Below, one piece after another: positions 47,273 to 58,056 of a DNA stretch of 64,000 nucleotides. A model generated the notes under the pieces. It did no database searches, was not told where the DNA came from, and worked only from the letters and a program-made list of their open reading frames with translations. Both the position numbers and the translations under genes were made by a program. Numbering within the stretch: position 1 is the stretch's first letter; each line of letters opens with the position of its first letter. Source of the stretch: an uncultured Acidobacteriota bacterium (GTDB lineage Bacteria; Acidobacteriota; JAQAZP01); the NCBI GenBank assembly GCA_963836075.1, contig CAWIIB010000001.1, positions 225,002 through 289,001 of the forward strand, read 5' to 3'.

Positions 47273-49876
47273 CTACCGGGTACTGCTCCTGCCGACAGAA
47301 CCGCTCCCCGCGGTCCCGCTGGAACGGGCACTGCCGCCACGGCTCACGCCGTTTGCAGCATCACCGCCGCCGGCAATCACCGGTGGGGGCGCGCCGGAAT
47401 GCAACAGAATAAGGGTCACTTCGTTATCGTTTGCGCGATTCAAAATTTTACCATCGGCCAGATAGTAAGTCAAAGATGTGCCTTGTGCTGAGCCACTTCG
47501 CGGGTCAACGATGGTGGCGATGGTATCGATGCCCACCAGTACCGCCACCTGTTCCCCGGGGTAGTAGAGGACCCGCTCGCCGGTGGCCGTCCGGCCCCCC
47601 GGCTGGCTCAGCGTCACCTGGGGCACCTGAGGACGCCGGGATGGGCCGGCCGTTTCCTGTTCCGCCCCCCCGCCGGAGAGGCTTTTTGCACCGCTCTCCG
47701 CCCCTGCGGAAGGGGAGGAACTGCCCGGGGCCGCGGTCCGGTCGTCAATGCCGGCGGCAACGGTTTCGGTGCCGCGCTGGCGGCTGGCCTGCCGGTCAAA
47801 ACCGGTCACCAGCAGATCCTGGCCGGCGAGCTCCGGAGGGACCGGATCCAGCGTCTTCGCAGCGGCGGCGGAGGCAATAATGTGCAGGATCCGGTTGTCC
47901 GCCCGGGCCAGCTGCACCTCCATGTGGTCGGCGGCAAGCCTGGTCCTGTGTTTGCGGACGGTGACCTTGTCGTTGAGGATGATGTAGCGTGCCAGGTCAT
48001 CATAGACCAGCTCCCGGCAGGTGATCTGCAGCGGCGCCGACATGTCAAGCGCTTCGGGCTCCGTCGCCGATTCTTCAGCGGGCCCCAGATCGTCCGCAAT
48101 TCTGCCGAGCGGCGCCACCTCACCGCTGGAGAGACCTTCGGCCAGCTGCTCCACGGCGGGAAGGACCTCTTCCGCCTCGTCCGCCACCCGGGCCTCCTCG
48201 CCCCTGGCCGGGGGGTGGATGACCAGCAGGACGCTTTCCAGAGCCTCCATGCGCCGGTCCTCGTGGTGCAGCCACAGGTTGCGCGCCGAGAGGACGTTTT
48301 CACCGTTGAGCACGCGAACCGTTCCCCGGAAGCTGGAGACACCCGCTTCCAGGTCGCTCTCCAGGCGGTCGGCATGGATATAGACCGGTTCGTTGCCGCT
48401 CCCCTGGCTGAACAGGGCCACGTCGAGACCCGTCTCTTCCCCACCCTCTCCCTCGACCTTGACCCAGACGTCCTGCTCCGCCACCAGCAGTTGGCCATCC
48501 ACCGAGTAGGTGAGGTGCACGGCTTCCATCTGCACTTTGTCGTTCCACATCCGGGGCAGCCGACCGTTCTCTTCTCCTGATATATGGAGCAGCCCTTTGG
48601 CGGCATCGAAGGTCGCTTGCCGGCCCCGTATTCGATCCTCTCCGCGGCTGAAGAGGATACCCCCGGCCACTTCGGCGGCCTCCAGTTCCTGGGCTTGTCC
48701 ATCGAAACGTGCGGTCAGTGTCTCTCCGCTGAGCCGGGCTTCTTCAGGCCCGCCGTCAGCCATGCGCAGCAGGCAGCCGCCCTCGGCGTGGAAACTGTCC
48801 AGCCGGTTCGCCGGACCGTCGGGACGAAAACGGAAGATCAGCCGCTGGCCTTCCAGCTGCCGGAGCTCACTCCCCGTTGCGCCCTCCCCGGGTGCGGGAA
48901 AAACCCTGATGACCGCCTTTTCCGCTACGCTGCCCCGGGCCACCAGATACTGCAGGCGGGCCGTTTCATCGGCCTCCTGGTCAAAGAAGATTTCCAGCTG
49001 GCTTGCGCGGAGCGTCTTGCGGCCCGGATCGGAGCCCAGGCTGTCCAGCCCCTGCCCCTCTTCGCCGGGCTCCACCTCTTCGGCTCCGTTCCCCTCGGCC
49101 AGCTCCAGGACCACGTCGCCGAAAGCGGAGACGTGGCGGATCCGGCGATTCGCTTCGTCAAACTCGATGCGCAGGGTCCGGCTGCTGAGGCTCAGCCGGT
49201 CCTGCTCCAGGCGGACGCCCCGGGCCAGGTAGGCGATACCCGATTCCTTGATCAACTTGAGAAAACCGGCGCGCACCGAGACCGGCTCGTCCACGGAGCC
49301 TTCACTGTTGTGGATGGTCAGGTCCACCTGGGCCGGGAGCTGGAGTTCGCGGGTCTCGATGTCGTAGATCACGCCGTGGGAACTGCCGGAGAGCCGGGGG
49401 TCGAAAAACTCCACCAGGCTGTCGCTGACCACCATTGACGACTCCCGTCCCTGCTCATCCAGCTCCGTGTGGTGCAGGGCGGCTGCCGTACGGATGGTCA
49501 TCCCCTGCCCGTCACTGATGATGACGTTGTCCCAGAGAAAGGAATCGCCACTCTCCTGGTCGTGGCGGCCGAAGTCGCTGCGGACATCCATCCCGTCGGC
49601 CCCGCGGGTGAAGTGGAAGTCCTCCAGGATAATGCCCCCGTCCTGGTAGTTGACCATCTCCCGGGCCCGGATCTCGCTTTCCAGCTGCTCTTTCTGGTAG
49701 TTTTTCTGGCTGAATTCCTTCTGGATGACCTTTTCACCGTCCACCAGTTTGCGGAGATCCTCGTCGGCGGTGGAATCGGAGATGGTTTTGCCGGTGCGGT
49801 AACTGGTGATCACCACCCCGGAAAAAATCACCAGAGTGAGAAGCATCAGTATTCGCAGCAATTTGACTCGTTGCAT
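47273..49876 (-). CDS. large LptC/LptA (OstA-like) family protein with an N-terminal TM anchor and Gly/Ser/Glu-rich low-complexity segments; possible LptC-LptA fusion
   Basis: 867-aa ORF abutting lptB. It has an N-terminal membrane anchor and several OstA-like beta-jellyroll stretches, with low-complexity linker and tail (…GGGDAANGVSRGGSARSSGTAGSGSVGRSSTR). Confidence 0.55.
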   Translation of the reverse strand: MQRVKLLRILMLLTLVIFSGVVITSYRTGKTISDSTADEDLRKLVDGEKVIQKEFSQKNYQKEQLESEIRAREMVNYQDGGIILEDFHFTRGADGMDVRSDFGRHDQESGDSFLWDNVIISDGQGMTIRTAAALHHTELDEQGRESSMVVSDSLVEFFDPRLSGSSHGVIYDIETRELQLPAQVDLTIHNSEGSVDEPVSVRAGFLKLIKESGIAYLARGVRLEQDRLSLSSRTLRIEFDEANRRIRHVSAFGDVVLELAEGNGAEEVEPGEEGQGLDSLGSDPGRKTLRASQLEIFFDQEADETARLQYLVARGSVAEKAVIRVFPAPGEGATGSELRQLEGQRLIFRFRPDGPANRLDSFHAEGGCLLRMADGGPEEARLSGETLTARFDGQAQELEAAEVAGGILFSRGEDRIRGRQATFDAAKGLLHISGEENGRLPRMWNDKVQMEAVHLTYSVDGQLLVAEQDVWVKVEGEGGEETGLDVALFSQGSGNEPVYIHADRLESDLEAGVSSFRGTVRVLNGENVLSARNLWLHHEDRRMEALESVLLVIHPPARGEEARVADEAEEVLPAVEQLAEGLSSGEVAPLGRIADDLGPAEESATEPEALDMSAPLQITCRELVYDDLARYIILNDKVTVRKHRTRLAADHMEVQLARADNRILHIIASAAAAKTLDPVPPELAGQDLLVTGFDRQASRQRGTETVAAGIDDRTAAPGSSSPSAGAESGAKSLSGGGAEQETAGPSRRPQVPQVTLSQPGGRTATGERVLYYPGEQVAVLVGIDTIATIVDPRSGSAQGTSLTYYLADGKILNRANDNEVTLILLHSGAPPPVIAGGGDAANGVSRGGSARSSGTAGSGSVGRSSTR

Positions 49877-50002
49877 GGAGCGTATCCGCCACCGGGGCCG
49901 CCAGAACGGCCAGGTTGATTCAAAACCCGTACCACTTTCGCTATTGTACTATTATTGATTCACCGGGGGCTGTCAATCTTTAATAAAAAGCAGCGGTCAC
50001 CG

Positions 50003-51745
50003 TCAATTGCGGTCCGTTGTGGACTGACGGATATCGGCGATGCTCAGCCGTACGGTTTCCCTTCCGCCCCAGCGGTTCAGTTCCAGACGGCCCAGCACGT
50101 CCACGGTGCCGGTGCTGTCCAGCCGCATATTTCCGGACCTCCACCAGACAGCCTCCATGGTCAGTCCGCCACCCCGCAGCATCATTTTGAGGTGCTTGCC
50201 CTTGAGTGGCACCGGCGCGCCGTCCAGCTGCAGGCCGCGGACCAGGAACAGTGGCCGGGGATTGCCCATGCCGAACGGTTCCAGGCGCTCCAGCTGGTCC
50301 AGCAGCTGCCGGTCCAGCTGGTCCAGGCTCGCCTCGACGTCGGCGCGGGCCCGGGGGACCAGCAGGTCGTGGTCCAGCTCCCGGCGGCAATGGCGGTACA
50401 GGCTGTCCCGCAGCTGGTCCACCTTGCCGGTTTCAAGGCTGAGACCGGCGGCCATGGCGTGCCCGCCGAAACGACGGAGGATACCGCCGCCGGCCTGTTC
50501 CAGGGCGGCAGTGATGTTGAACCCCGAAACCGAGCGGCACGACCCGTGGGCCTCCTCGCCGTCATGGGAAATGACCACTGCTGGACGACCAAAGGTCTCC
50601 ACCAGCCTTGAGGCGGCGATGCCGATGACCCCCCGGGGCCACCCGGCACCGTCCAGCACCAGGATCCGCTCCTCCAGCATCCGCGGTGCGGATTCCACCC
50701 TGCTCAACAACAGCTCCACCAGCTCGCTTTCCTGATGGCGGCGGCGACTGTTCAGCAGATCGAGCTGTCTGGCGATCTGCCGCGCTTCGTCATCGTCGCT
50801 GGTCAGAAAGAGCCGCGCCGCCAGCTCCGCCGATCCCAGACGTCCGGCGGCATTGATTCGGGGCCCCAGGTGAAAGGCCACCTGGCCGGCAGTGGGCGCC
50901 TGGCCGTCTTCGATCCCGCTGACCCGCAAAAGTTCGCGCATCCCCGGGCTGGCCGGCAAACTGAGGTGCGGCAACCCCAGCCGTACCAGCAGCCGGTTCT
51001 CATCGCGGAGCGGCACCAGGTCGGCCACCGTGCCCAACGCCGCCATGGAGGCATAGGCGGCAGCGTTGAAGCGGCGGCCCAGACTGAGGTGCAGGGCCTG
51101 GGAGAGCTTGAACGCCAGTCCGGCGCTGCACAACTCCTTGAACGGGTAGTCGCATCCCTGCTGTTTGGGGTTGACCATGGCATGGGCCGCGGGCAGTTCA
51201 GAGCCCGGCAGGTGGTGGTCCAGAATCAACACGTCCACGCCACTCTCGTTGAGCAGGCGCACCGCCTCGATGTCGCTGGTGCCGCAGTCCACCGCGATAA
51301 GCAGACCGTACCCCTCCTCCACCGCTCGCCGGGCCGTGGTGCTGGTCAGGCCGTAGCCGTCATCGATCCGGTGCGGGATGAAAATGCTGACGTTGATGAA
51401 TCCGGTCAGGTCGAGGCTCCGTTTGGTCAGCACGGCGGCGGTCACCCCGTCCACGTCGTAATCCCCGTGAACGAGAATCCTCTCCCCCGTTTCCCGCGCC
51501 CGGAGCAGCCGCTGCACCGCCCGCTCCATTCCGGCCAGAAACCACGGGTCATACAGGTCGCCGGGGAGCGGCTCGGCCAGAACGTCGAGGATCGACGCTT
51601 CGGTGAGAAAGCCCCGAGCCTGGAGTATGGAGGCCAGCAGAGGGTGGAGCCCGGTGCCACGGGCCAGCAGGGCGGCATCACCGCTTCCCGCCGTGGTCCG
51701 AACCTGCCATAATTTTCCGGTGAGCGATAGGGTCTGGTCGCACAT
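50003..51745 (-). CDS. recJ: single-stranded-DNA-specific exonuclease RecJ
   Basis: DHH and DHHA1 motifs (ILVHGDYDVDGVTAA; DHH…). Confidence 0.85.
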   Translation of the reverse strand: MCDQTLSLTGKLWQVRTTAGSGDAALLARGTGLHPLLASILQARGFLTEASILDVLAEPLPGDLYDPWFLAGMERAVQRLLRARETGERILVHGDYDVDGVTAAVLTKRSLDLTGFINVSIFIPHRIDDGYGLTSTTARRAVEEGYGLLIAVDCGTSDIEAVRLLNESGVDVLILDHHLPGSELPAAHAMVNPKQQGCDYPFKELCSAGLAFKLSQALHLSLGRRFNAAAYASMAALGTVADLVPLRDENRLLVRLGLPHLSLPASPGMRELLRVSGIEDGQAPTAGQVAFHLGPRINAAGRLGSAELAARLFLTSDDDEARQIARQLDLLNSRRRHQESELVELLLSRVESAPRMLEERILVLDGAGWPRGVIGIAASRLVETFGRPAVVISHDGEEAHGSCRSVSGFNITAALEQAGGGILRRFGGHAMAAGLSLETGKVDQLRDSLYRHCRRELDHDLLVPRARADVEASLDQLDRQLLDQLERLEPFGMGNPRPLFLVRGLQLDGAPVPLKGKHLKMMLRGGGLTMEAVWWRSGNMRLDSTGTVDVLGRLELNRWGGRETVRLSIADIRQSTTDRN

Positions 51746-51832
51746 CTCAGATGATCCTCTCCGCCGGCCGGGTGCGGCGAACCGGAGTTCTGCGGGGGGC
51801 GGGTTCAGGGAGGGAGGCCGCGGCGCGGTTGG

Positions 51833-52783
51833 TCACTCCATGTTCAGGAAGGCGCCCATCTGCCGGAACTTCTCGTAGCGCTGCTGGAGAAGCTCTTCGG
51901 GCGGCAGTCCGTCCAGGCGGAGGAGATCCTCTTCCAGCTGGTGCCGCAGAGTGGCGCCCATCAGGCTCGGATCGGCGTGGGCGCCGCCCGACGGTTCGGG
52001 AATCACGGTATCCACAATACCCAAACCCTTGAGGTCGGATGAGGTGAACCGCAGGTTCTCGGCCGCTTCCTGGGTCTTGGTCTGGTCCGACCAGAGGATG
52101 GCGGCGCACCCTTCCGGGGAGATCACCGAGTAGATGGCAAAGTCTAGAATGTTCACCACGTTGCCCACACCCAGGCCCAGCGCCCCACCGCTGCCGCCTT
52201 CGCCGGTGACGGTGACGATGATCGGCACCTTGATCTCCGCCATTTCGCGGAGGTTGAAGGCGATGGCTTCTGCCTGTCCCCGCTCTTCGGCCCCGATTCC
52301 GGGATAGGCGCCGGGGGTGTCGATGAAGGTGAATATGGGACGACCGAACTTTTCGGCCATGCGCATGAGGCGCAGCGCCTTGCGGTAGCCCTCGGGGCAG
52401 GCCATGCCGAAGTTGCGGTGAATGTTCTCCTTGGTGCTCCGGCCCTTCTGGTGGCCCACTACGGCAACCGGACGGCCGTTGAAGGAGGCAAAACCCCCGA
52501 CGATGGCCGGGTCGTCGGCAAACCGCCGGTCACCGTGCAACTCCACAAAGTCGTCGAAGATCATCCCCACGTATTCCAGGGTGTTGGGCCGCATGGGATG
52601 GCGGGCCACCAGCGCCTTCTGCCAGCGGGTGAGCCGGCCGAAAACCTCCTCGCGGGTTTTCTTCAGCTTCTGCTGCAGCCGTTCCAGCTCCCGCGAACTC
52701 TCCTTGCCGGAAAAACTTGAATGCTCTTCGATCTCCCGGAGAATGTCCCGGATCGGCGCTTCAAAATCGATGGAGTCTTTCAT
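51833..52783 (-). CDS. accA: acetyl-CoA carboxylase carboxyltransferase alpha subunit
   Basis: Carries the FIDTPGAYPG and GEGGSGGALG motifs. Confidence 0.85.
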   Translation of the reverse strand: MKDSIDFEAPIRDILREIEEHSSFSGKESSRELERLQQKLKKTREEVFGRLTRWQKALVARHPMRPNTLEYVGMIFDDFVELHGDRRFADDPAIVGGFASFNGRPVAVVGHQKGRSTKENIHRNFGMACPEGYRKALRLMRMAEKFGRPIFTFIDTPGAYPGIGAEERGQAEAIAFNLREMAEIKVPIIVTVTGEGGSGGALGLGVGNVVNILDFAIYSVISPEGCAAILWSDQTKTQEAAENLRFTSSDLKGLGIVDTVIPEPSGGAHADPSLMGATLRHQLEEDLLRLDGLPPEELLQQRYEKFRQMGAFLNME

Positions 52784-52912
52784 CTTGACAACCGCTGCAC
52801 CGCACCGCATCCCGCAGTGGGCTGTTCAATACACTTTGTTTCAGACTGTTGAAGCAAAACCACTTGCGCGGCAGGAGGGTACTTGATGGTCCATGCTTTT
52901 GTCAAGGAAGGC

Positions 52913-55900
52913 TCAGCCCCAGTTATGTCCCCCGTTCTGTCCGAACCGTCCCCCGTTGCCCCGCGCGCCGCTGGTCTGTTGCCAGTCGCTGAGGCGAATC
53001 TGCCCCGGGTGGTAGTGCACCGAACCCTGCCCCAGGAGGGCCTCCAACTGCCTGGTGGCTTCGGCGGACGGCTTGAGGAAATAGCCGGTGGCCGGCCGCA
53101 GGGTCACCCGGACGCCGCCGGATCGCCGGAAGACGAACTGCAGCGGGACCTTGCCACTGTACCCGGCCAGCATCAACCGCAACCGTTCCAGCACGTTCTC
53201 GCTCAAACCGTCCAGATCGATGGAGACTGACACTGCTCCGGCCAGCTGTTCCGGGGAGGTTTCCAGGGGAAAGATCTTCACCGCCAGCAGCCGGATGTTC
53301 TCCTCCTCGGCGTCCTCCCGCACGGTTTCCCGGGGCGAAGCTGGCCTGCTCTCCGATCGTTCCAGCCGGGCCAGCACCATCACCGCTCGGTCCTTGACCA
53401 GGCTGGCCTTGCAGTCCTCGAACACTTTGGGGAAGACCACCACCTCGTTTCGGCCCTCCAGATCCTCGAGGACGAAGGTGGCCATGGTGTCCCCCTTGCG
53501 GGTTTTCTTCAAGCTCAGGGCGGAGACGATTCCGCCCATGGCCACGGCTTCTTCGGTATCGGCCACCGCCGGCAGGCGCCTGCTGTCGGCGGTGGCAAAA
53601 CGGGAGATGATGTCGGCAAAGTGGGTCAGCGGGTGCCCGGTGACAAAGTAGCCCAACAGCTCCTTCTCGTAGCCCAGCACTTCGGAATCGGGCCACTCCT
53701 CCACCTCGGGCATCTGTTCGGCTTCTTCGGGCCAGCCCGATTCCGGCTGGCCGGCGGTCTCGAACAGCGAGTCCTGTCCCTGTTGCCGGTCGGTCTGCCG
53801 GCGCTGCCCGGCCTCCATGGCCCGGTCGAGCACCGCCCACAACTGGGCCCGCCGGTAGCCGAAGGAATCGAACCCGCCGCAGCGGATCAGACTCTCCAGC
53901 ACCCGCCGGTTGTTCAGCCGCAGATCCACCACCTCGAAGAACTGGAAGAAGGAGCTGAACCGGCCGCCCTCCTGCCGGCGGGCCTCGAGGATCGATTCGA
54001 TGGCGCTCTCCCCCACATTCTTCACCGCGGAGAGGCCGAAGCGGATCTTGTCACCGGCCACCGAAAAGTTCATTCCGCTCTCGTTGATGTCCGGCGGCAG
54101 GATCTGGATCCCCATGTCGCGGCACTCGGCGAGATACTCCACCATCTTGTCCGGGGCGTTTCTCTCACTGGTCAGCAGGGCGGCCATGAAGGGCACCGCA
54201 TAGTGCGCCTTGAGGTAGGCCGTCTGGTAGGCCAGCAGCGCGTAAGCCGTGGAGTGCGACTTGTTGAAGCCGTATTCCCCGAATTTGGCGATCAGGTTCC
54301 AGATGGTCTGGGCCTTGGATCGGTTGATTTTCAGTTCGGCCGCGCCCTTTTGAAAATCGAGGGCGATCTTCTCCATTTTCGCCTGCCGCTTCTTCGACAT
54401 CGCCTTGCGCAGGTCGTCGGCCTCCCCCATGGAAAAACCGGCCACCGCCCGGGCGATACGCATCACCTGTTCCTGGTAGACCACGATGCCGTAAGTCTCC
54501 TGGAGGATCTCATCGATCTGGGGCAGCAACGACTTGCTGCGCTTGCCGTGGCGCCGTTCGATGAAGTCGTCCACCATGCCGCCCTGCAGCGGGCCGGGCC
54601 GGTTGAGCGCGTTCACCGCGATGAGATCCTCGAAGCAGTCGGGGCGCAGCCGGCGCAGAATGTCCTGGGCACCCCCCTTCTCGAACTGGAACACGCCGCC
54701 GGTGCGCGCCTCGCAGAGCAACTGGTAGGTCTCCGGGTCGTCGAGGGTCAGTGTGGAGAGGTCGGGGGGAGTCAGCCCGGCCAGCCGGATGTTGTCCAGG
54801 GTGTCCTCGATGACGGTCAGGGTGCGCAGGCCGAGAAAATCCATCTTGAGCAGGCCGATGGCCTCGGCATGGTTCATGGTGAACTGGGTCAGCACGTCTC
54901 CGTTGGTCATGCGGTAGAGCGGGCAGAACTCGGTGATCTCCCGCGGTGCGATAACCACGCCGGCAGCGTGTTTCGAGGCGTGGCGGGCCAGACCCTCCAG
55001 GCGTTGGGCCACGTCCACCAGCCGCTTCACCCGGTCGTCGCTGCGGTAGAGTTTCTTGAATTCCGGCTCGTCGAAACCGTCCTTCACCGTGGCCTTGAGG
55101 TCCAGCGGGATCATCTTGGCGATGCGGTCCACTTCCACGTAGGGGATCTCCAGCACGCGGCCCACGTCGCGGATGGTCTGCCGCGCCTTGAGGGTGCCGA
55201 AGGTGATGATCTGGGCCACGTTGGCGCTGCCGTACTTGGTGCGCACGTGCTCGATGGCCTCGTCGCGCCGCCGCTGGCAGAAGTCGATGTCGATGTCCGG
55301 CATGGAGACCCGTTCGGGGTTGAGGAACCGTTCGAACAGCAGGTTGTACTCCAGCGGATCGAGATCGGTGATCTCCAGGCAGTAGGAGACCAGGCTGCCC
55401 ACCGCCGACCCCCTGCCGGGGCCCACGGAGATGCCCTTGAGCCGCGCCTGGTGGATCACGTCCCAGGTGATCAGGAAGTAGCCCGAGAACCCCATCCGCT
55501 TGATCACGCCCACCTCGAGCTGCAGGCGTTCGCGGTATTCGTCGAGACCGTTGCCGTTCCCCACCCGTTTCAGCCGCGCCTCGATGGCAGGCAGGCGCCT
55601 CTGGAACCCCTCGCGCACCCGCTCCTCGAAGTGGCCGTCGATGTCCTGCCCTTCCGGAACGTCGAAGACCGGCAGGTGGTAGGTGTCGTAGTCGAAATCG
55701 AACCCGCAGCGCTCGGCGATCCGGCCGGTGTTCTCCAGGGCCTCGGGCATTTCGGCGAAGAGCAGTCGCATCTCCTCGGGAGACTTGAAATAGAATTCGG
55801 GACTGGGGAAGCGCAGCCGGTCCGTTTCGCTGGCCACCTTGCCGGTCTGGATACAGAGCAGGATGTCGTGAGCCTTGGCGTCGTCGCGGGTCAGGTAGTG

Positions 55901-56545
55901 GCAGTCGTTGGTGGCCACCAGGGGAATGTCCAGCTCGCGGGAAAGTTTGATGAGTCCGGGGTTGGACTCCGCCTCCTCGGGCATCCCATGGTCCTGCAGT
56001 TCGAGGAAGAAGCTGTCGGCGCCGAATATTTCGCGGTAGCGGCCGGCAATCTCCGCGGCCTTTTTCGGGTCGCCCTGGATGATGTGATTGGGCACTTCCC
56101 CGCCGATGCAGGCGCTGAGCGCGATCAGCCCGCCGGAATACTGCTGGAGCAGCTCGTGGTCCACTCGCGGGCGGTAGTGGAACCCCTCGAGGTAGGCCAG
56201 CGAGACCAGTTTGACCAGATTGCTGTAGCCCGCGGCGTTCTCCGCCAGCAGGATAAGGTGGTAAGCCCGCTCCCCGTGAATACGGATGCCGCGGGCGTCC
56301 TGCTTGTCCAGCCGGCTGTGCGGCGAGACGTAGACCTCGCAGCCGATGATCGGCTTCACGCCAGCCGCCGAGGCCGCCTTGTGGAACTCCACCGCGCCGA
56401 AGAGGTTGCCGTGGTCGGTGATCGCCACCGCCGGCTGGCCGAACTTCCGGGCGGTTTCCACCATTTCGTTGATCTTGCAGGCCCCGTCCAGCAAGGAATA
56501 CTGGGTGTGATTGTGGAGGTGGACGAAATTCGACTGCTGGCTCAT
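52913..56545 (-). CDS. dnaE: DNA polymerase III alpha subunit
   Basis: PHP domain (FVHLHNHTQYSLLDG) and polymerase core. ~1210 aa from the internal Met. Confidence 0.9.
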   Translation of the reverse strand: MSQQSNFVHLHNHTQYSLLDGACKINEMVETARKFGQPAVAITDHGNLFGAVEFHKAASAAGVKPIIGCEVYVSPHSRLDKQDARGIRIHGERAYHLILLAENAAGYSNLVKLVSLAYLEGFHYRPRVDHELLQQYSGGLIALSACIGGEVPNHIIQGDPKKAAEIAGRYREIFGADSFFLELQDHGMPEEAESNPGLIKLSRELDIPLVATNDCHYLTRDDAKAHDILLCIQTGKVASETDRLRFPSPEFYFKSPEEMRLLFAEMPEALENTGRIAERCGFDFDYDTYHLPVFDVPEGQDIDGHFEERVREGFQRRLPAIEARLKRVGNGNGLDEYRERLQLEVGVIKRMGFSGYFLITWDVIHQARLKGISVGPGRGSAVGSLVSYCLEITDLDPLEYNLLFERFLNPERVSMPDIDIDFCQRRRDEAIEHVRTKYGSANVAQIITFGTLKARQTIRDVGRVLEIPYVEVDRIAKMIPLDLKATVKDGFDEPEFKKLYRSDDRVKRLVDVAQRLEGLARHASKHAAGVVIAPREITEFCPLYRMTNGDVLTQFTMNHAEAIGLLKMDFLGLRTLTVIEDTLDNIRLAGLTPPDLSTLTLDDPETYQLLCEARTGGVFQFEKGGAQDILRRLRPDCFEDLIAVNALNRPGPLQGGMVDDFIERRHGKRSKSLLPQIDEILQETYGIVVYQEQVMRIARAVAGFSMGEADDLRKAMSKKRQAKMEKIALDFQKGAAELKINRSKAQTIWNLIAKFGEYGFNKSHSTAYALLAYQTAYLKAHYAVPFMAALLTSERNAPDKMVEYLAECRDMGIQILPPDINESGMNFSVAGDKIRFGLSAVKNVGESAIESILEARRQEGGRFSSFFQFFEVVDLRLNNRRVLESLIRCGGFDSFGYRRAQLWAVLDRAMEAGQRRQTDRQQGQDSLFETAGQPESGWPEEAEQMPEVEEWPDSEVLGYEKELLGYFVTGHPLTHFADIISRFATADSRRLPAVADTEEAVAMGGIVSALSLKKTRKGDTMATFVLEDLEGRNEVVVFPKVFEDCKASLVKDRAVMVLARLERSESRPASPRETVREDAEEENIRLLAVKIFPLETSPEQLAGAVSVSIDLDGLSENVLERLRLMLAGYSGKVPLQFVFRRSGGVRVTLRPATGYFLKPSAEATRQLEALLGQGSVHYHPGQIRLSDWQQTSGARGNGGRFGQNGGHNWG

Positions 56546-56645
56546 CGCGGCACTGCCCCGTGTCTGTTGCTGGTTGTCTGCTTTCAGGCTCGTTCCCACT
56601 TTACCGCAACGGGGCACGGGAAGTAAATCCACCGGCCGGGTCATC

Positions 56646-56674
56646 CTTGACATCACCGGGCGGGCATGGTGAAA
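56646..56674 (+). promoter_or_regulatory. candidate sigma70 promoter (TTGACA-17-TGAAAT) for the PQQ-repeat lipoprotein gene
   Basis: Seen in the divergent dnaE / lipoprotein intergenic region. Confidence 0.4.
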
Positions 56675-56725
56675 TCGCCGCCAGTTCGGTCACCCGAAAG
56701 AACCCGACCACCCGAGGAGTGGGAA

Positions 56726-58039
56726 ATGAGATTGGGATCCGCGGCCCTGCTGGTGCTCCTGTTGCTGTCCGGACTGACGTCCGGGTGCCGGCTGTTCATC
56801 CGCTTGCCTGACGAGATCACCGATCCCCGGATCCGCGAAATTCACGGGCTGGGGGAGATACCCGAAGAGGAGACCTGGTGGCAGACCCGCGATCGGCTGA
56901 AAAAAGAGCAGCAGAAGCTGCTCTTCCGCTTTCCCCTGGACCAGATCTGGAAGCATGAGTTCAACCCCGACCGGGCTCTCTCCTGCGCGCCATTGATCGA
57001 CGGCCGGCGGATCTACCTCACCGAGGCCAAAGAGGGGCTGGTGCTGCTTAACGAGAGGGACGGCATCCCGGTCTGGTCCTATGCCCCGCTCCCCGGTGAA
57101 TCCTGCGGCCCCCTGGTGGCCGCCGACAACCTGCTGGTCTTCGGCACCAGCACCGGCCGCGTCCTGGCCGTGGACCCGGCGGGCCCGCGGCTGGCCTGGG
57201 AATCGGTGCTGGATGAGCCGGCCCCCGGGGCACCGGCCGCGGCGGCAGGCACGGTCTTTTTTCCCACCCCGGGCGGCACACTGCTCGCCCTGCGGTCGTC
57301 CGACGGTTCGCTGCTCTGGCGCTACCGCACCGGCGAACCGATGACCGCCGCTCCCCTGGCCGACGAGACCGGCGGCCGGGTCTTCTGCGGTTCGCTGGAC
57401 GGCACCATGTTCTGTCTCGACGCCGGGAGCGGCGTGGTGCGCTGGCATTATGCGGCCGGCGCACCGATATACGGCGCACCGCTGCTCAGCGAGGGCCTGC
57501 TCTTCTTTGGCGACGACAACGGCCGTTTCCACTGCCTGAAAGCTGAAGACGGGGCGCCTCGCTGGGTCAAGCCCACCGGCGCCGCCATCCGCACCCCGCC
57601 GGCGGTTTTCGAGAAGCGGGTCATTTTCGGCTCGTGGAACGGGTTCCTCTACGTCCTGGACAGCCGCAACGGGCGCACGCGGTGGAAGGCCCAGCTGCCC
57701 AACCGGATCGATATCCCCCCGGTGTGCGTCGATGACCTGGTCCTCGCCGCCTGCCTCCGCTCCCCGGAACTGACCGCCCTCAACCTGAAGGACGGCCGGT
57801 CGGCGGGAAGCTTCAAACTGGAGCACCTGGACGCCTGGTTCACCACTCCGCCCGTGCTCTCCGACGACTACATCCTCTTTGCCGGCACCAGCCGGGGCAA
57901 GCTTCTTGCGCTGCAGGAAATCATCGAGGAGGAGATGTCCGAAGAGGAGGCGTCACGGGCCAGGTTCGAGGAACTGTTGGGGGGGCGGCGCGAGGAGGAA
58001 CAGGGCCCGGGCGATGGTCCCGCCGGGGGCGCCCGCTGA
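56726..58039 (+). CDS. PQQ-like beta-propeller repeat lipoprotein (BamB-like)
   Basis: Signal peptide with a lipobox (LLLLSGLTSGC) and repeated PQQ-type propeller blades (…DGSLLWRY…, …GVVRWHY…, …APRWV…, …RTRWK…). Confidence 0.7.
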   Translation: MRLGSAALLVLLLLSGLTSGCRLFIRLPDEITDPRIREIHGLGEIPEEETWWQTRDRLKKEQQKLLFRFPLDQIWKHEFNPDRALSCAPLIDGRRIYLTEAKEGLVLLNERDGIPVWSYAPLPGESCGPLVAADNLLVFGTSTGRVLAVDPAGPRLAWESVLDEPAPGAPAAAAGTVFFPTPGGTLLALRSSDGSLLWRYRTGEPMTAAPLADETGGRVFCGSLDGTMFCLDAGSGVVRWHYAAGAPIYGAPLLSEGLLFFGDDNGRFHCLKAEDGAPRWVKPTGAAIRTPPAVFEKRVIFGSWNGFLYVLDSRNGRTRWKAQLPNRIDIPPVCVDDLVLAACLRSPELTALNLKDGRSAGSFKLEHLDAWFTTPPVLSDDYILFAGTSRGKLLALQEIIEEEMSEEEASRARFEELLGGRREEEQGPGDGPAGGAR

Positions 58040-58056
58040 GCCCAATAAGATTCAGG

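Noticed and set aside
53621-56626. 1001-aa plus-strand ORF antisense to dnaE, and the similar 305-aa ORF at 52923..53840.
   Set aside because: These are antisense shadows of a highly conserved polymerase gene.
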